Assembly (NCBI RefSeq): GCF_018977255.1
Contig: NW_024704742.1
Span: forward strand, 124,498,001 to 124,562,000
Reading direction: 5' to 3'
Source: Callorhinchus milii
Taxonomy: Eukaryota
DNA: 64,000 nucleotides
Below, one piece after another: positions 53,130-64,000 of this stretch. A program made the translations under genes and the position numbers. Position 1 is the first letter of the stretch. Each line of letters starts with the position of its first letter. The notes below the pieces were generated by a model, which was given only the letters and a program-made list of their open reading frames with translations, searched no databases and was not told the DNA's origin.

Positions 53130-54195
53130 ACAGCCTGACTCAGGTGGTAGCACTCCCACCTCTGGGTCATAAGGTTGTGAGTTCAAGCCCCATTATGGGA
53201 CTTTGGGCTCATATAGTCTAGGTTAGGGTGACCATACAATGAAGTATTGGAGAAGCCCTGCATATTGGAGGTGACATCCTTCAGATGAGATGCTAAACTG
53301 AGTTCCCATCTGCCCATTCAGGTGCATGGTAAAGATCCCATAGCACTGTTTTCAAACATAAGTTAGTTTCTCCCAGTGTCTTTGCCAATAATTCTCCAGA
53401 TAAAATTGGCGTTCACTTTGTGGCTGTCTGTGGGCAAATTGGCTGCTGTGTTCACCTCCAAAATAGTCACTAGATTTTACAGTAAGTCCTGTAAAGCACT
53501 TTGAGACATTCTCCTAACATGGAAGCTCAGTGGTTAGAGCACTCGCTTTGCAAGTGAGAGACCTGAGTTCAATTCCAGGCAGAGGGCGAAACCTTGGGCA
53601 AGTTTCCTTACTCCACACAGAGCCTAATAATAATCCCTCCAAAAAACAAAACAATAATAAATTGGTCATTTTCAATCTACGACTGTTTGTGGGACATTGC
53701 TGTGTGCAATTGGCTGACGTGTTCGCCCACAAATATAGTCAATTCACTTTACAGTGTGTTCTGTGAAGCACTTTGGGACGTCCTCCCGACGTGAAAAGCG
53801 CTATATCAAATGCAAGGATTATTATTAATATTAATGATAATATGTCTGCTCAACATCACAGGATTTACTATAAAGTGTATTGATAGCGTATTTGTGGCTG
53901 AAAGCGCCAACCAATTTGCATATAATGTCCCATAAAAAGCCATGGAATGAATGACCAATTTTACCTGGGGAATTGTTAGCCAAGACACAGGAGAAACTCC
54001 CTTCCTTCTCTTCTAGAATAGAACCATGGATCTTTAATGCCCACTTTAACAAGCAGAAGGGGCCTTGGTTTAACCTTTCATCCAAAGGATGGCATCCCTG
54101 ACAATGCAGAGCACATCCAGCACTATGTTGTAGTCTGTGAGCTCAAAGTCCCAATGTGGAGCTTGAACCCACAACGTCTGACTGGAAGGTGAGAA
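53130..54195. mobile_element. SINE cluster: old Deu-SINE (+, 53130-53515), young SINE (+, 53524-53829), old Deu-SINE (-, 53850-54195)
   Basis: tggtagcactcccacctctgggtcataaggttgtgagttcaagccc...aaagatccca on +; its reverse complement (ccatggatcttta...gcttgaacccacaac) at the right. Confidence 0.8.
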
Positions 54196-54880
54196 TGATA
54201 TCATATTGTGCATCCACAATCGGCCAATCAGCACCATAAGCCATACATGTATCACATTTCTGGTGTACCACTGATGCACAATCCGGTTATGCAATGATGA
54301 AGAGCATAGTAATAGTGTCAGCCTATATTTGTGCTCCTAGAAATGTCATTTTAATTTTGAGGATTGTTGGCCAGGGCACTGGGCAAAACTTTCTTCTCAT
54401 TTTAAACTCTGTTTAATTAACTTCTCCGCCCCCATCCTTTGGAACTCCATCCCTCAATTCCTTCGCCTCGCTCCCTCCCTTGCCTCCTTCAAGGCACGTC
54501 TAAGACCCTGATCTTCCACCACGACTTTGGCCACCCTCCTACCTTCTCTCCCTTCCACCCGCCCCGATCCCAACCCCCCGCTCAGGTCCAAATTCCTGAC
54601 TGTGAAAGGCACTTTACAAATGCTATTTGGTATTGTATGCCATGTGCTTTTTAATATCCATCTGTAAACAGGCACATCAAACCTTGGTTTAACAAAATTC
54701 ATCATCTCTGATATAGCATTGCTCCCTCAGTCATCCATTGCAATATAAACCTAGATTATGAGCTCAAGCCCTGGTGCAGGGCTCAAACTTACAACCTTCT
54801 GAACCTAAGGCGAGAGTTTACCAACTGATCCAAATGAAGGGATAATATAATCGAGATTAATATTACTTTCAAAAACTCAC

Positions 54881-55018
54881 CCTTTTATGCATGGTGTTGA
54901 AATTGTCAATAATTATACCAATGAAAAGATTCAGAGTGAAAAATGTTCCAATGACTATAAAAGCAACAAAGTAGAAGAGACTATAAGGATTTGCTCCCAT
55001 TTCAGGCTGAAAGTCGAT
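54881..55018 (-). CDS. Nav2-type channel, exon encoding DIII S6
   Basis: ttggcag|ATCGAC...AAAAGG|gtgagt; 138 nt, [46 protein letters not shown] (Nav motif [15 protein letters not shown]); absent from the ORF track. Confidence 0.95.
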
Positions 55019-56645
55019 CTGCCAAAGACAATACAAGTGTTAGTATTACAGTCTGGTAGAAGTATGAACAATTCTATTTTAAGCAGTAAAACCAAAATGG
55101 ACAATACGTTTTTAAAATGTACAATCTTCCTCCGAATTTACAAACTGATAAATATCTTTGTACAGTCAAAGAATTATTATAGTTTTATTTGTGGAGAGGA
55201 TGCTGGTCAAAAGCAGGACCTGATCTGTTTCACTTACACACTTACTGCTTCAACTATATCACACACTTGAATATGTAACAGTGTGAAGCTTCAATATTTA
55301 ACAACCAATTTTAGTTTCTGCTGATCTATTCAAGTGATCTCAATGGTAACGTCAGTAAACAGGAAATTTCCTGCATTAAGTTTGGAAGCAAACCTACTAT
55401 TTAAAAATAGTCAGCATTCCAAGCCACTTTGTTCAAGTTTAGGAGTTAATCAGTTGAGTGTAGCAAATGGGAAACAAATATGCTCTGGTGACGCCAAAAG
55501 CCAAATATGAGCAGTCTCAATGGACCACGGCCACTTGCCAGCTCTATACAGTTCTCATATGCGTACCAATTGAGATACATCTTTTTAGTTTTCATTGAGT
55601 TCTCATATTTGCTATCAAAATACAGAGCGAAGCATGTGGAAATGACCTGCAACTGGCACATATTGGTTGTACAAAACGCCTCCCTGATATTAGTCAGAAG
55701 GTGCCCACTTTGTGTCTACTTTACTGATTCATTCATGCAAGGCATTACTAACCATGGTGGTGGGTGAGTTGTTTGATGCTCTGATGTTTAGTAAATTTAT
55801 TGACAATCTATTGAGGAGCCTTTGAGATGCAGATTATTGCTAAAGTTTTTGTAATTTGTGTATTTATTTTAAAATCCCCTCTATTGTATCACCATTGATA
55901 TTCTAATGCATCTCTCAGTATCACCATTATGGGTGGTGTGTGAAACAAGGAGACCAGGTTTCCCTGAGTCACACATCATCCATAATCCAGCACCTTGGGA
56001 CATCCTCCCGATGTGAAAGGCACCATACAAATGTATTTTATATTGCATTGCATTAGAATGGAGATTTAGTAATGACCAGGCCTTGGAGCGTTACTTTTCC
56101 CAGTGGGTGGGACAGTCCTGCATGGGGTGAGAGCCACAGGGAGGGAGGTGGTGGGCGGGGGTGGTGGTGGGGGAGAAAAACATTTTGTCTTAAAATTTAA
56201 GATTGTGAATAATTGTGGGAAATTAATTAATTTTAAATTTAATTATTATAAATTAAAATCTCTATTTGGAAGATAGTTGTTTTTAGAAAAAACTGTGGAA
56301 AACCGACTCTCAAATATATAACTCAATGTAGAAATTTTCTATAATCCATCTCTTTCTATCTCATATTATAAGACAAATTTGTCTTGCAGGCTAAAACTAG
56401 GTGGGATTTCAGGCATATAAGATCAAGGTCTTGGGAGTGGAAATAAATGAAATAAGAGTAGATACATTCTGTGTTTTATATTTAAATTGCCTCCCATGAA
56501 CTGACATTTTCAGTCCATAAGGCATTTTTCATGTAATTAGTAAAATTGCACAGCAATGATCTTAAATTATTGTAAGAACCTAGGGCTTGATGCTCCTGTA
56601 GAGTTAATGGTTTCTCATTCAATATAAACAAAATTGTGAACCTAC

Positions 56646-56699
56646 CCCTCGGGTATCAGCAGCATTGGCCATAATTTCCAACCAGCCTTCAAATGTCGC
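56646..56699 (-). CDS. Nav2-type channel, 54-nt exon with the DIII selectivity filter (ATFEGWLEIMANAADTRG)
   Basis: ttacag|GCGACATTTGAAGGCTGG...CGAGGG|gtagg; same size and phase as the Nav1 ATFKGWMDIMYAAVDSR exon; in frame with both neighbouring exons; absent from the ORF track. Confidence 0.95.
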
Positions 56700-57084
56700 C
56701 TGTAAATAGATAAAGCCAGCAGAAAATGGTGTCATTGACATAAATATCTTCAGTAACGTTAACAATGACATTCAAGATAATATATAATAATAATCCTTGC
56801 ATTTGATGTTTTCATACCATGTTTTCAAGACGTCTCAAAGTACTTCACAGAATATACTGTGAAGTGAATTGACTGTATATTTTTTGGGCGAAACACAGCA
56901 GCCAATTGCGCACAGCAGTGTCCCACAAACAGTCGTGGATTGAATGACCAATTATTTGTTTTGAAGGAATTATTATGACTCTTATCTGAGATAAAATGAC
57001 TCTTATCTGAAAACTAAACCGTAGTATTCACAGGAGATCACAGGACAGGTTCAAATGAAAAGGTTTCTCGGCCTTATGATTTGA

Positions 57085-57655
57085 TTTCCTGCTTGCCGGC
57101 CTTCCCAACTCTTCCATCTGCAAGCTTCAGATCATCCAGAACTCTGCAGCTCATGTCCTCTCCCGCACCAGGCTCCGTGACCCAAGTAGCCCAACCCTCG
57201 CCCGGCTCCATTGACTCCCCATGCCGCAGAGGATAGAGTTCAAAATCCTTGTCCTCGATTTCAAGGCCCTCCTTGACCTTGCCCCTCCCTACCTCTGCGA
57301 CCTGCTGAACCTATATTAACCTGTCCGCTCCCTCCACTCAGCAGGCTCTGGCCTGTCCCATGTCCCCCAGCCCAACCCGCCCCACCATTGGCGGTAGGGG
57401 CTTTAGCCTTTCTGTCCCCAACCTATGGACCTTCATCCCACATTCGCTTTGCCTCGCTTCCTCCCTTGCCTCCTTCAAGGCATGTCTCAAGACCCTCCTT
57501 TTTGACCCAGCCTTCAGCCACCCTCCTACCCGCTCTGCCATCCATCCTCCCTGATCCCAACCCCCAGCTCAGGTCCAAATCCTTGACTGTCCAGCGCTTT
57601 GGGATGTCCTCCTGATGTGAAAGATGCTATACAAATGTAATTTAGTGTTGTATTG
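57085..57655 (+). mobile_element. L2 LINE 3' fragment
   Basis: cttcagatcatccagaactctgcagc...gagttcaaaatcctt...; tail cagcgctttgggatgtcctcctgatgtgaaag. Confidence 0.85.
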
Positions 57656-59581
57656 TAAATTTAGGGGATCATCTTTGTTGCTCTCCTTTGTTTCTAGGCC
57701 CTGAGCAGCCTCTTTTTGTCACAAAGACCAGCATCCTACACAATGCTTAAGGTGTGGCTTAAACCAGAGCATTGTATAGCTTGGGAGCTGAATTCCATTG
57801 ATATGGCAATTTAGCAATCTGTTTGCCTTGTTTATTGTTTATACCCCATTCTAGGGCCCAAAAATGCTCTATCTGACATCATTGCTGCGTGTCCTGCCGC
57901 AAAAGAACCTCCAATGCAAAAAATGTTTTCCCCATATAAACCATTGTATGCTATGCAGCTTTGTGAACCTTTAAAAGGACCAAAGGAAAATCTCTCTTTG
58001 CTGTTTGAATAGTGTCAGGGAGTCTTTAGCATTCACTTGAGCAGAGAGACAGGACCTCAGTTCAATATCTCATTTGACAAAGCAGCACTGGAGGGTCAGT
58101 CTAGACTGTGAGCTCAAAGTCTCAATGTGGCTATTGACCCACGATCTTCTAACCTTCTGACCCAGAGGCGGGTGCTACGAACTGAGCTGAACTGACACAT
58201 TTCTACTACTTATTTCTCTGATGGAAGCAATGTGTAGTCATTTGTTTTTGCTTCCAGGGTTATCACAGCAATTCCCGTTCTGCTATAACTTATGGGTAAG
58301 TGTTGGGAACACCCAGTAAAGCCTCCCACTACAATTTCAGGTACATTTAAAAAGGAAATCTCTTTACAAACACCCGTTAAAATATAACACAGTTCTAACA
58401 TGGTCAGTGACTAACTGTAGTGCCCTGTGGTTGTTTTTCTATTTCTGTTGATTTCTTGATTTGAGGCCAGAGTTAACACCATTTGCCAAGTCCAATAGCA
58501 GACTCCGGCGGAATCCGGTCCTTTGATAGTATGCCTCAAAGCGGCTGCCAGGGATGATTTAAAATGTGGCAAAGTCTGTGAAATTCAAATCAGTGTCTGG
58601 TTCACATTTGGAAATTTCTTCACAGCCTACTCAAAGCCCGATTGCCTAGTCCAGAATTGGACGCAGAGCAATCCTACTTATGAGAAAGGGCAGATGTTAA
58701 ACAATTATTGTGATTACAAGTGATAGATGGTAATAAAAGGATGACTTTACAACTGAAACTTAGTGTCTGTTTATGGGACAGATTAAATACTTAGATCATG
58801 AGTAATTTAATCATTAGCTCTAAAGAAGGAGAACAATTTTTAAGCACTTTTCCAGAACAATTGTAATAAATATTCCTTAATTAAAAATAAATCGTTGAAA
58901 GATTTATCTTGCCACCTTTATTCTCTTTACTGCAATAATGGAATATTTCCTTTCTTAGTTATGTTATACATTTACCAAAAATCTGGGCTATAAATTCCAA
59001 CAGTATTTAAGTCACTCTCCTTTACTTAGGGGGCAGACAAGCACGTCCAAAATCACCATTTATATGCAGCTGCTCATGTACAATGTTGTTTATTTAATGC
59101 AATGAATTAAACCCTGGAACCACATAAGAAACAATGCACTGAAATGAAAAATGTTGACAATATGATTTACAGTTTTCTTCTAAATATGTTTCATTATTCA
59201 CACTTAGAATAGAGCCACTATCAGAATGAGGAGTATATATTTATAAACAATTTAAGACTGTAAGAACGCTTGCAGATATCACAGTGGTTCCATAGAAGTA
59301 CATAGACTGTACAACATTGAAACAAGCCATTCGGCCCTAACAGTCTATGCCTGGGTTTATATTGCACATGAATTTCCACCCATCGCCTCTCCCTATCCCC
59401 CTCTATTTCCTTCCCTTAGCTATAGTATCTTTGGTGCATATTCATAATGTATATATATTTCTGCTAAATCCAAAAGCATTCCTAAATAATGTTTAAGAAT
59501 ATATTGCAATCATTACAGCATTAATATGCCCCCAAAAATTGCAGTCTGTCATTATTATTATATACATTATTGTTTACTTAC

Positions 59582-59854
59582 CACCTGCAGAAGAGCCATG
59601 TAAGCAGTCAATATGTTATCAAAATTAATCTCGGAGTTGACCCATTGGTATCCAATATCCTTATATGCATCACAATCAGATCGATTATTTATTATAGTAA
59701 TGGGAAGGCGTTCATCATTTTCATCCACACATCGAAAAAACATTCCACCAAATATCTGAACACCAACAATGCCAAATATCAGCCAGAATACGAGACACAC
59801 TAACATGACATTAGAAATGGATGGGATCGAAGCAACCAAAGCATTAACAACAAG
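59582..59854 (-). CDS. Nav2-type voltage-gated cation channel alpha subunit, exon encoding DIII S4-S5 linker, S5 and pore loop P1
   Basis: ttacag|CTTGTT...CAGGTG|gtaagt; 273 nt, LVVNALVASIPSISNVMLVCLVFWLIFGIVGVQIFGG...NFDNILTAYMALLQV, matching the Nav DIII pattern VVNAL..IPSI.NVLLVCLIFWLIF...NFDN...YL.LLQV. Confidence 0.95.
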
Positions 59855-62800
59855 CTGTAAGACAAAAGAAAGCATCGACTTAAATTGCAGACTCACTATT
59901 ACAGGGCACAGTGAAAACAGATTCATTTGCAACAAATTCTGGTTCTACAGAGTTACCATGGATGGAACGGTGGAAGCGATATAATATTTAGCTGATAATG
60001 CTTGAGCTATGCATCAATCATTTTGTGGTTAAAGCAGATATTGTGGTATTAACTCTGCATTTTAAAAAAGTTCGTACAATTTTTTAAATAATGTTTCTAA
60101 CTATGACATGTTTGACTAATATTTAAATACATATTTGACATAAATAAAATAGCTTATGAGTTTACACAATGATATCTGTTTTACTTTAGCAGTGAGTTTA
60201 CATATTCTGACAGATCAATAGCAATACTACATATATAGAAAACTAACATTGACACATTTGTTGTTCCTCATGTGAATACTTTTAGGTACATCTTAACATG
60301 TTGCTCTAGTGTTGCAATGCTACTATATTCCTGCTGGTGTCGCTGCTGAGCTGGTTGTCTATGTTCTCAGGGATGTCACCAGCAGAAATATGAAGGGACT
60401 GTCACTGTGAAACACAGGTAGAAACTATGTTCTTGATTTCATTTATTTTGTTTAATCATAAGTTTCATGATAAATTTGCAAATGCAAAAATGTTAACATC
60501 GATGAATATGTGAAAACTTTTTTAAAAAAATCCTTGCATCTTGTTGTCGTTGTTGCATTTGATATAGCACCTTTCACATCGGAAAGACGCCTGAAAGTGC
60601 TTTGAAGGATTCACTGTAAAGTGCATTTACACTGTCACTGCATTTTGTAGGTAGATGCGGCAGCCAAATTGCACACATCAATGTCCCCCAAACAGCCATG
60701 AAGTGAATGGCCATTTTATCTGGAATTTAAGCCCTCTGAACAGTCAGGATTTAAGCAGAATTTTGAAAAAACTGCAAATGCTTGAAACAAAAAGAGAAAA
60801 TGTGCAAATGTGCATCAGATTCATTATCATGCGATTCAATACAGCTCAGACTGAGGGAATGAAAACCTCCTCCCTCTAATGGCTTTGAAGGGCTACTGTA
60901 AAATGGTTTATAGTTCAACCTAAAATGTAGCGAGTGAGTCCTCATCATGGCAGTAAATAATGTATAATAAAGCTCTACTTGTCATCAAATCTCACTCAGA
61001 GAGGGCACAAGGACATCTGGTTTAGAAAATGGCAGTGATGCACTGGTGCTATGGAGGTTGTACTCTACATTTGCGATGTTGCTTAGCTGTAGCTCAAGTA
61101 AGAAATATTATAGCACGATTTCTGATGTTCTCATTGGAATTCTCAACTGTCGTGCATTAAATTGACATTAATTGACATTAAATCTCAATCAGGAAATTTT
61201 CCTGGAAAAATTAGGAGTCAGGATACTTGAGAATATCAGGAGAGAAATGACTTTTAAGCTGTAACAGTCTAGAGGGAGCTTTACTATCTATCCTGTGCTA
61301 TAACTGATCTGGGAGTGTTTAATGTTGAAATTGAGTGCAAAGAGTGGAATATGTTCCATTCTTTATTATTAAATCACATTTGATGACTTTGATGAACAAC
61401 ATTCTCCCACTCCCCCCTCGCCCCGAAGTATGTGGAATTGTATAGTAATCACATAACATTATAATATAACTTATTTTATATGTGATTTGCTGTGACACAG
61501 ACAAAACAGCAGAGTGGTAACAGAAAGCAATGCCTAGTTGTGCTGTACCACAGCAATCTGTGAATTCCCAATCCTTGTATTACTTTAGTCAATACCATAT
61601 GATTTCCAAAGAAATCTTCCCTGCTCCATCTGACGAAATCTCCGCTCTCCAACAGATTGTCTTTTCCTTACGTGTAATGTGATTTTTACTCTTAGGGTTG
61701 AGGCTAGGTTTATACCACGAGAGAGAACAACCTGCAAGTGAGTTGGATAAACTTTGACGAGGGATTCAATATTTTTTCTCAAGCTCAAAAAATAATTTCT
61801 GGCGGGTGATCTCAGTTGTCCATTGTCATGAAACTAGCAGGAACATAATTTTTATTTCCACACTTAAGGGGCCTCTGGAGTGTTATAAACTTCCAACTTT
61901 TTCCATCAGAGCAAAACATCCACAAATCAGATGTTCAAATTCAAAATAGTTTTATGGAGCCAACAAAGATATAACTTCATTACTTCATGTCCCAAGGCTA
62001 GATTTTTGTTCTTATAGTTTACATTTTTTTAAAAGATTGTTTTCCCAGGAAGATATTATTTGGCAGAACATTTGCTACAGCAATGTTTACATCTGGATTT
62101 TATACATTCTTTAATGCCTGTTCCCAGAGCTGGGTTTGAACTTAATTTTTTTAAAAGATGAACTTTTATGCATTAAAAAAAGTTTTTATAGAATCCTATT
62201 GTCCTCCTCAAAATTAAAAGTTGTTTCTTATGCATCTATGAACTGGAGTTTGTTTATATCCCACACATGCTTGTGGTTTGTTTTGGCTGTGATTCACTAA
62301 CAGTAAATGACAGTGATGTCCCTTTTATAAGTGATTGTAGATTGTAGGCACAAGAACTGAGAACAGCAAAGTCCTTCTGTAATGCACCTTGGGTGCTAAA
62401 GCTAATTTTTTAAAATACATTCGTCAATGATTCCTAGCTTTAAGATTGAAACATCTGAGTGAGACATTCCTTTCGCTGCCAAATAGATTGACGGCGTGCG
62501 CTTAATGTGTGCTAAAAGAAAAGTGGCTACACTGAGCTGCAAGAGAAATATTATCCTTTATTTTTGGATGTAATACAAAAATAATATTTTTGCAGCACAT
62601 CCTACTGGAGGTTTAGCACAGGTACATTTAGTGATTTTTTGTGATAACTGTCTTTTATTTGTTCCACTATCTCCCCAGTATAGCAGAATCAAATGATGCT
62701 GTCAAAACAAATACGTTTGATCTGTTATTGAAAAAACAAGGAAATTGCAACTAATTACTTTTTTCCTTCTCGCTCTTGCCAATTTTCTTTATCCCGAAAG

Positions 62801-64000
62801 ATATTTTGTAAAATGGGGAGGAGGACAGCATGGATTTCAAGCTTCCTCACTGGGTAATGGCCTAAAAATAACACTAACATTTTAAAAAAAGTTTTAATGC
62901 CTAAAATTGAAAAATGTTATGTTCTTGTACATTTAGTTTTTTTAAAAAGTCTTGATTCAGTGCAAGCAAGGCATGGTTGGAAGCCAAGCTGCTCCAGAAA
63001 ACAGAGCTGTTATTCAGCCCCAAACCACTAAGTATTGGGTAAAAATGACTGCAATTTCTGAATTTTATGAGAATTCATCTCTGTTGATAGACATCTCATC
63101 ACATACACAATTTATCCTCTCCCTTTAGTCCGTACTGATTTTCCATTATGCCTCTGCAACAGTTCCCTCTTGTGGTCAAAGTGCACACGTGCTCATGTGT
63201 TTGAGGTAAACACGATACTGTATGTTTTGGCCTCATAATAACAATCTTTACATTTGATATAACGTCTTTCTCACGAGAAGGACGTCTAAATTCACTGTAA
63301 GTTGTAGTACCTGTTCATTTTGTAGGGCTTTAGGGAAAAGAAAGTCTGCACCTTGGTATGCAGTGCAAAAAGCATTTGGTACCTCACTGCCCTTTTTAAT
63401 TGAGACTTTACTCTGAAATCAGATCTATTCCATCTGCGTAATATATGTGTAATATAATCCTGTTTTGAGGGTTTATTTCCCCCCAGATTTCCTTCATATT
63501 ATACCTTACAATGGTCTACACCAGCAAGTCACAAACAGCAATCAGATTGATTTAGATCACAGTCCCAAAGTCTAATCAGTGGTGAATCAAGTGAAACATT
63601 CGCAACAAACTGATGTGTAGTAAGGTGGCACAGCATGCCTGATCACCATCACCAGTGTGCGCTTTCCAATGGTAGAATACAGGCTTGTGCTCATGAATCC
63701 CACCTGGTGAGTTATTGACCCCAAGCAATCTATTGTGATGAATGTGGGCAGTAGGGGGGGCAGCCACTCACTCACAGGGAGGGACGCTTAATCTGCAGGA
63801 TAGTCAGCCCTGGCCTGTCTCATGCTGGTCATAGTGTAGAAGAGGACAAAAGGCAGATATATTGATTGAAAAGTTATCTTAAATCCAAGGTCAGCAACCA
63901 AATGTCCCTTTGAAGTGCAACAACACTATCAGCTGAATCAAGATTAAGCCCAAGAAAGTTAAACATCTTCTTAATCTGGAAACCACAGAATAAAATACGG

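Noticed and set aside
54887..55270. 127-aa plus-strand ORF, and similar antisense ORFs over FST and channel exons
   Set aside because: Antisense shadows of real minus-strand exons, with no independent evidence.
40526..59854. Assignment to SCN4A/SCN5A/SCN7A, a Cav channel or NALCN
   Set aside because: DIII Glu with DIV Ala, GIRKLLF and the linker pattern fit Nav2. Cav channels have an acidic DIV filter residue, and NALCN differs in motifs and exon structure. No SCN symbol was assigned.
59900..64000. Search for the preceding DIII S3-S4 exon (LRTLRALRPLR-like)
   Set aside because: Not found by eye; ORFs 61585-61788 and 63576-63775 show no channel similarity. It probably lies beyond the window.

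Overview
Eukaryotic, intron-rich vertebrate DNA, most likely from a cartilaginous fish. That assignment is inferred from the Deu-domain SINEs, the L2/CR1 LINE landscape and the gene content. Three genes lie in tandem on the minus strand. (1) The last six coding exons (domain III S5 to C-terminus, 59854..40526) of a divergent voltage-gated sodium-channel alpha subunit. It has Glu instead of Lys at the domain III selectivity filter (ATFEGW), TLL instead of the IFM inactivation latch, and GIRKLLF/FRLTT..WN motifs, so it reads as an invertebrate-type Nav2 (DSC1/BSC1-like) channel in a vertebrate. (2) A complete six-exon follistatin gene (34141..28312, 345 aa). (3) Exons 1-2 of NDUFS4 (25750..9741) with its CpG-island promoter. 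Several key exons are missing from the ORF track and were found by reading splice sites directly. Introns contain many tRNA-derived SINEs, L2 and CR1 fragments, a pogo/Tigger-like fossil and small tandem repeats. Domains I-II of the channel and NDUFS4 exons 3-5 were not found and presumably lie outside the window. Comparisons with known proteins and exon sizes are from memory, not from database searches.
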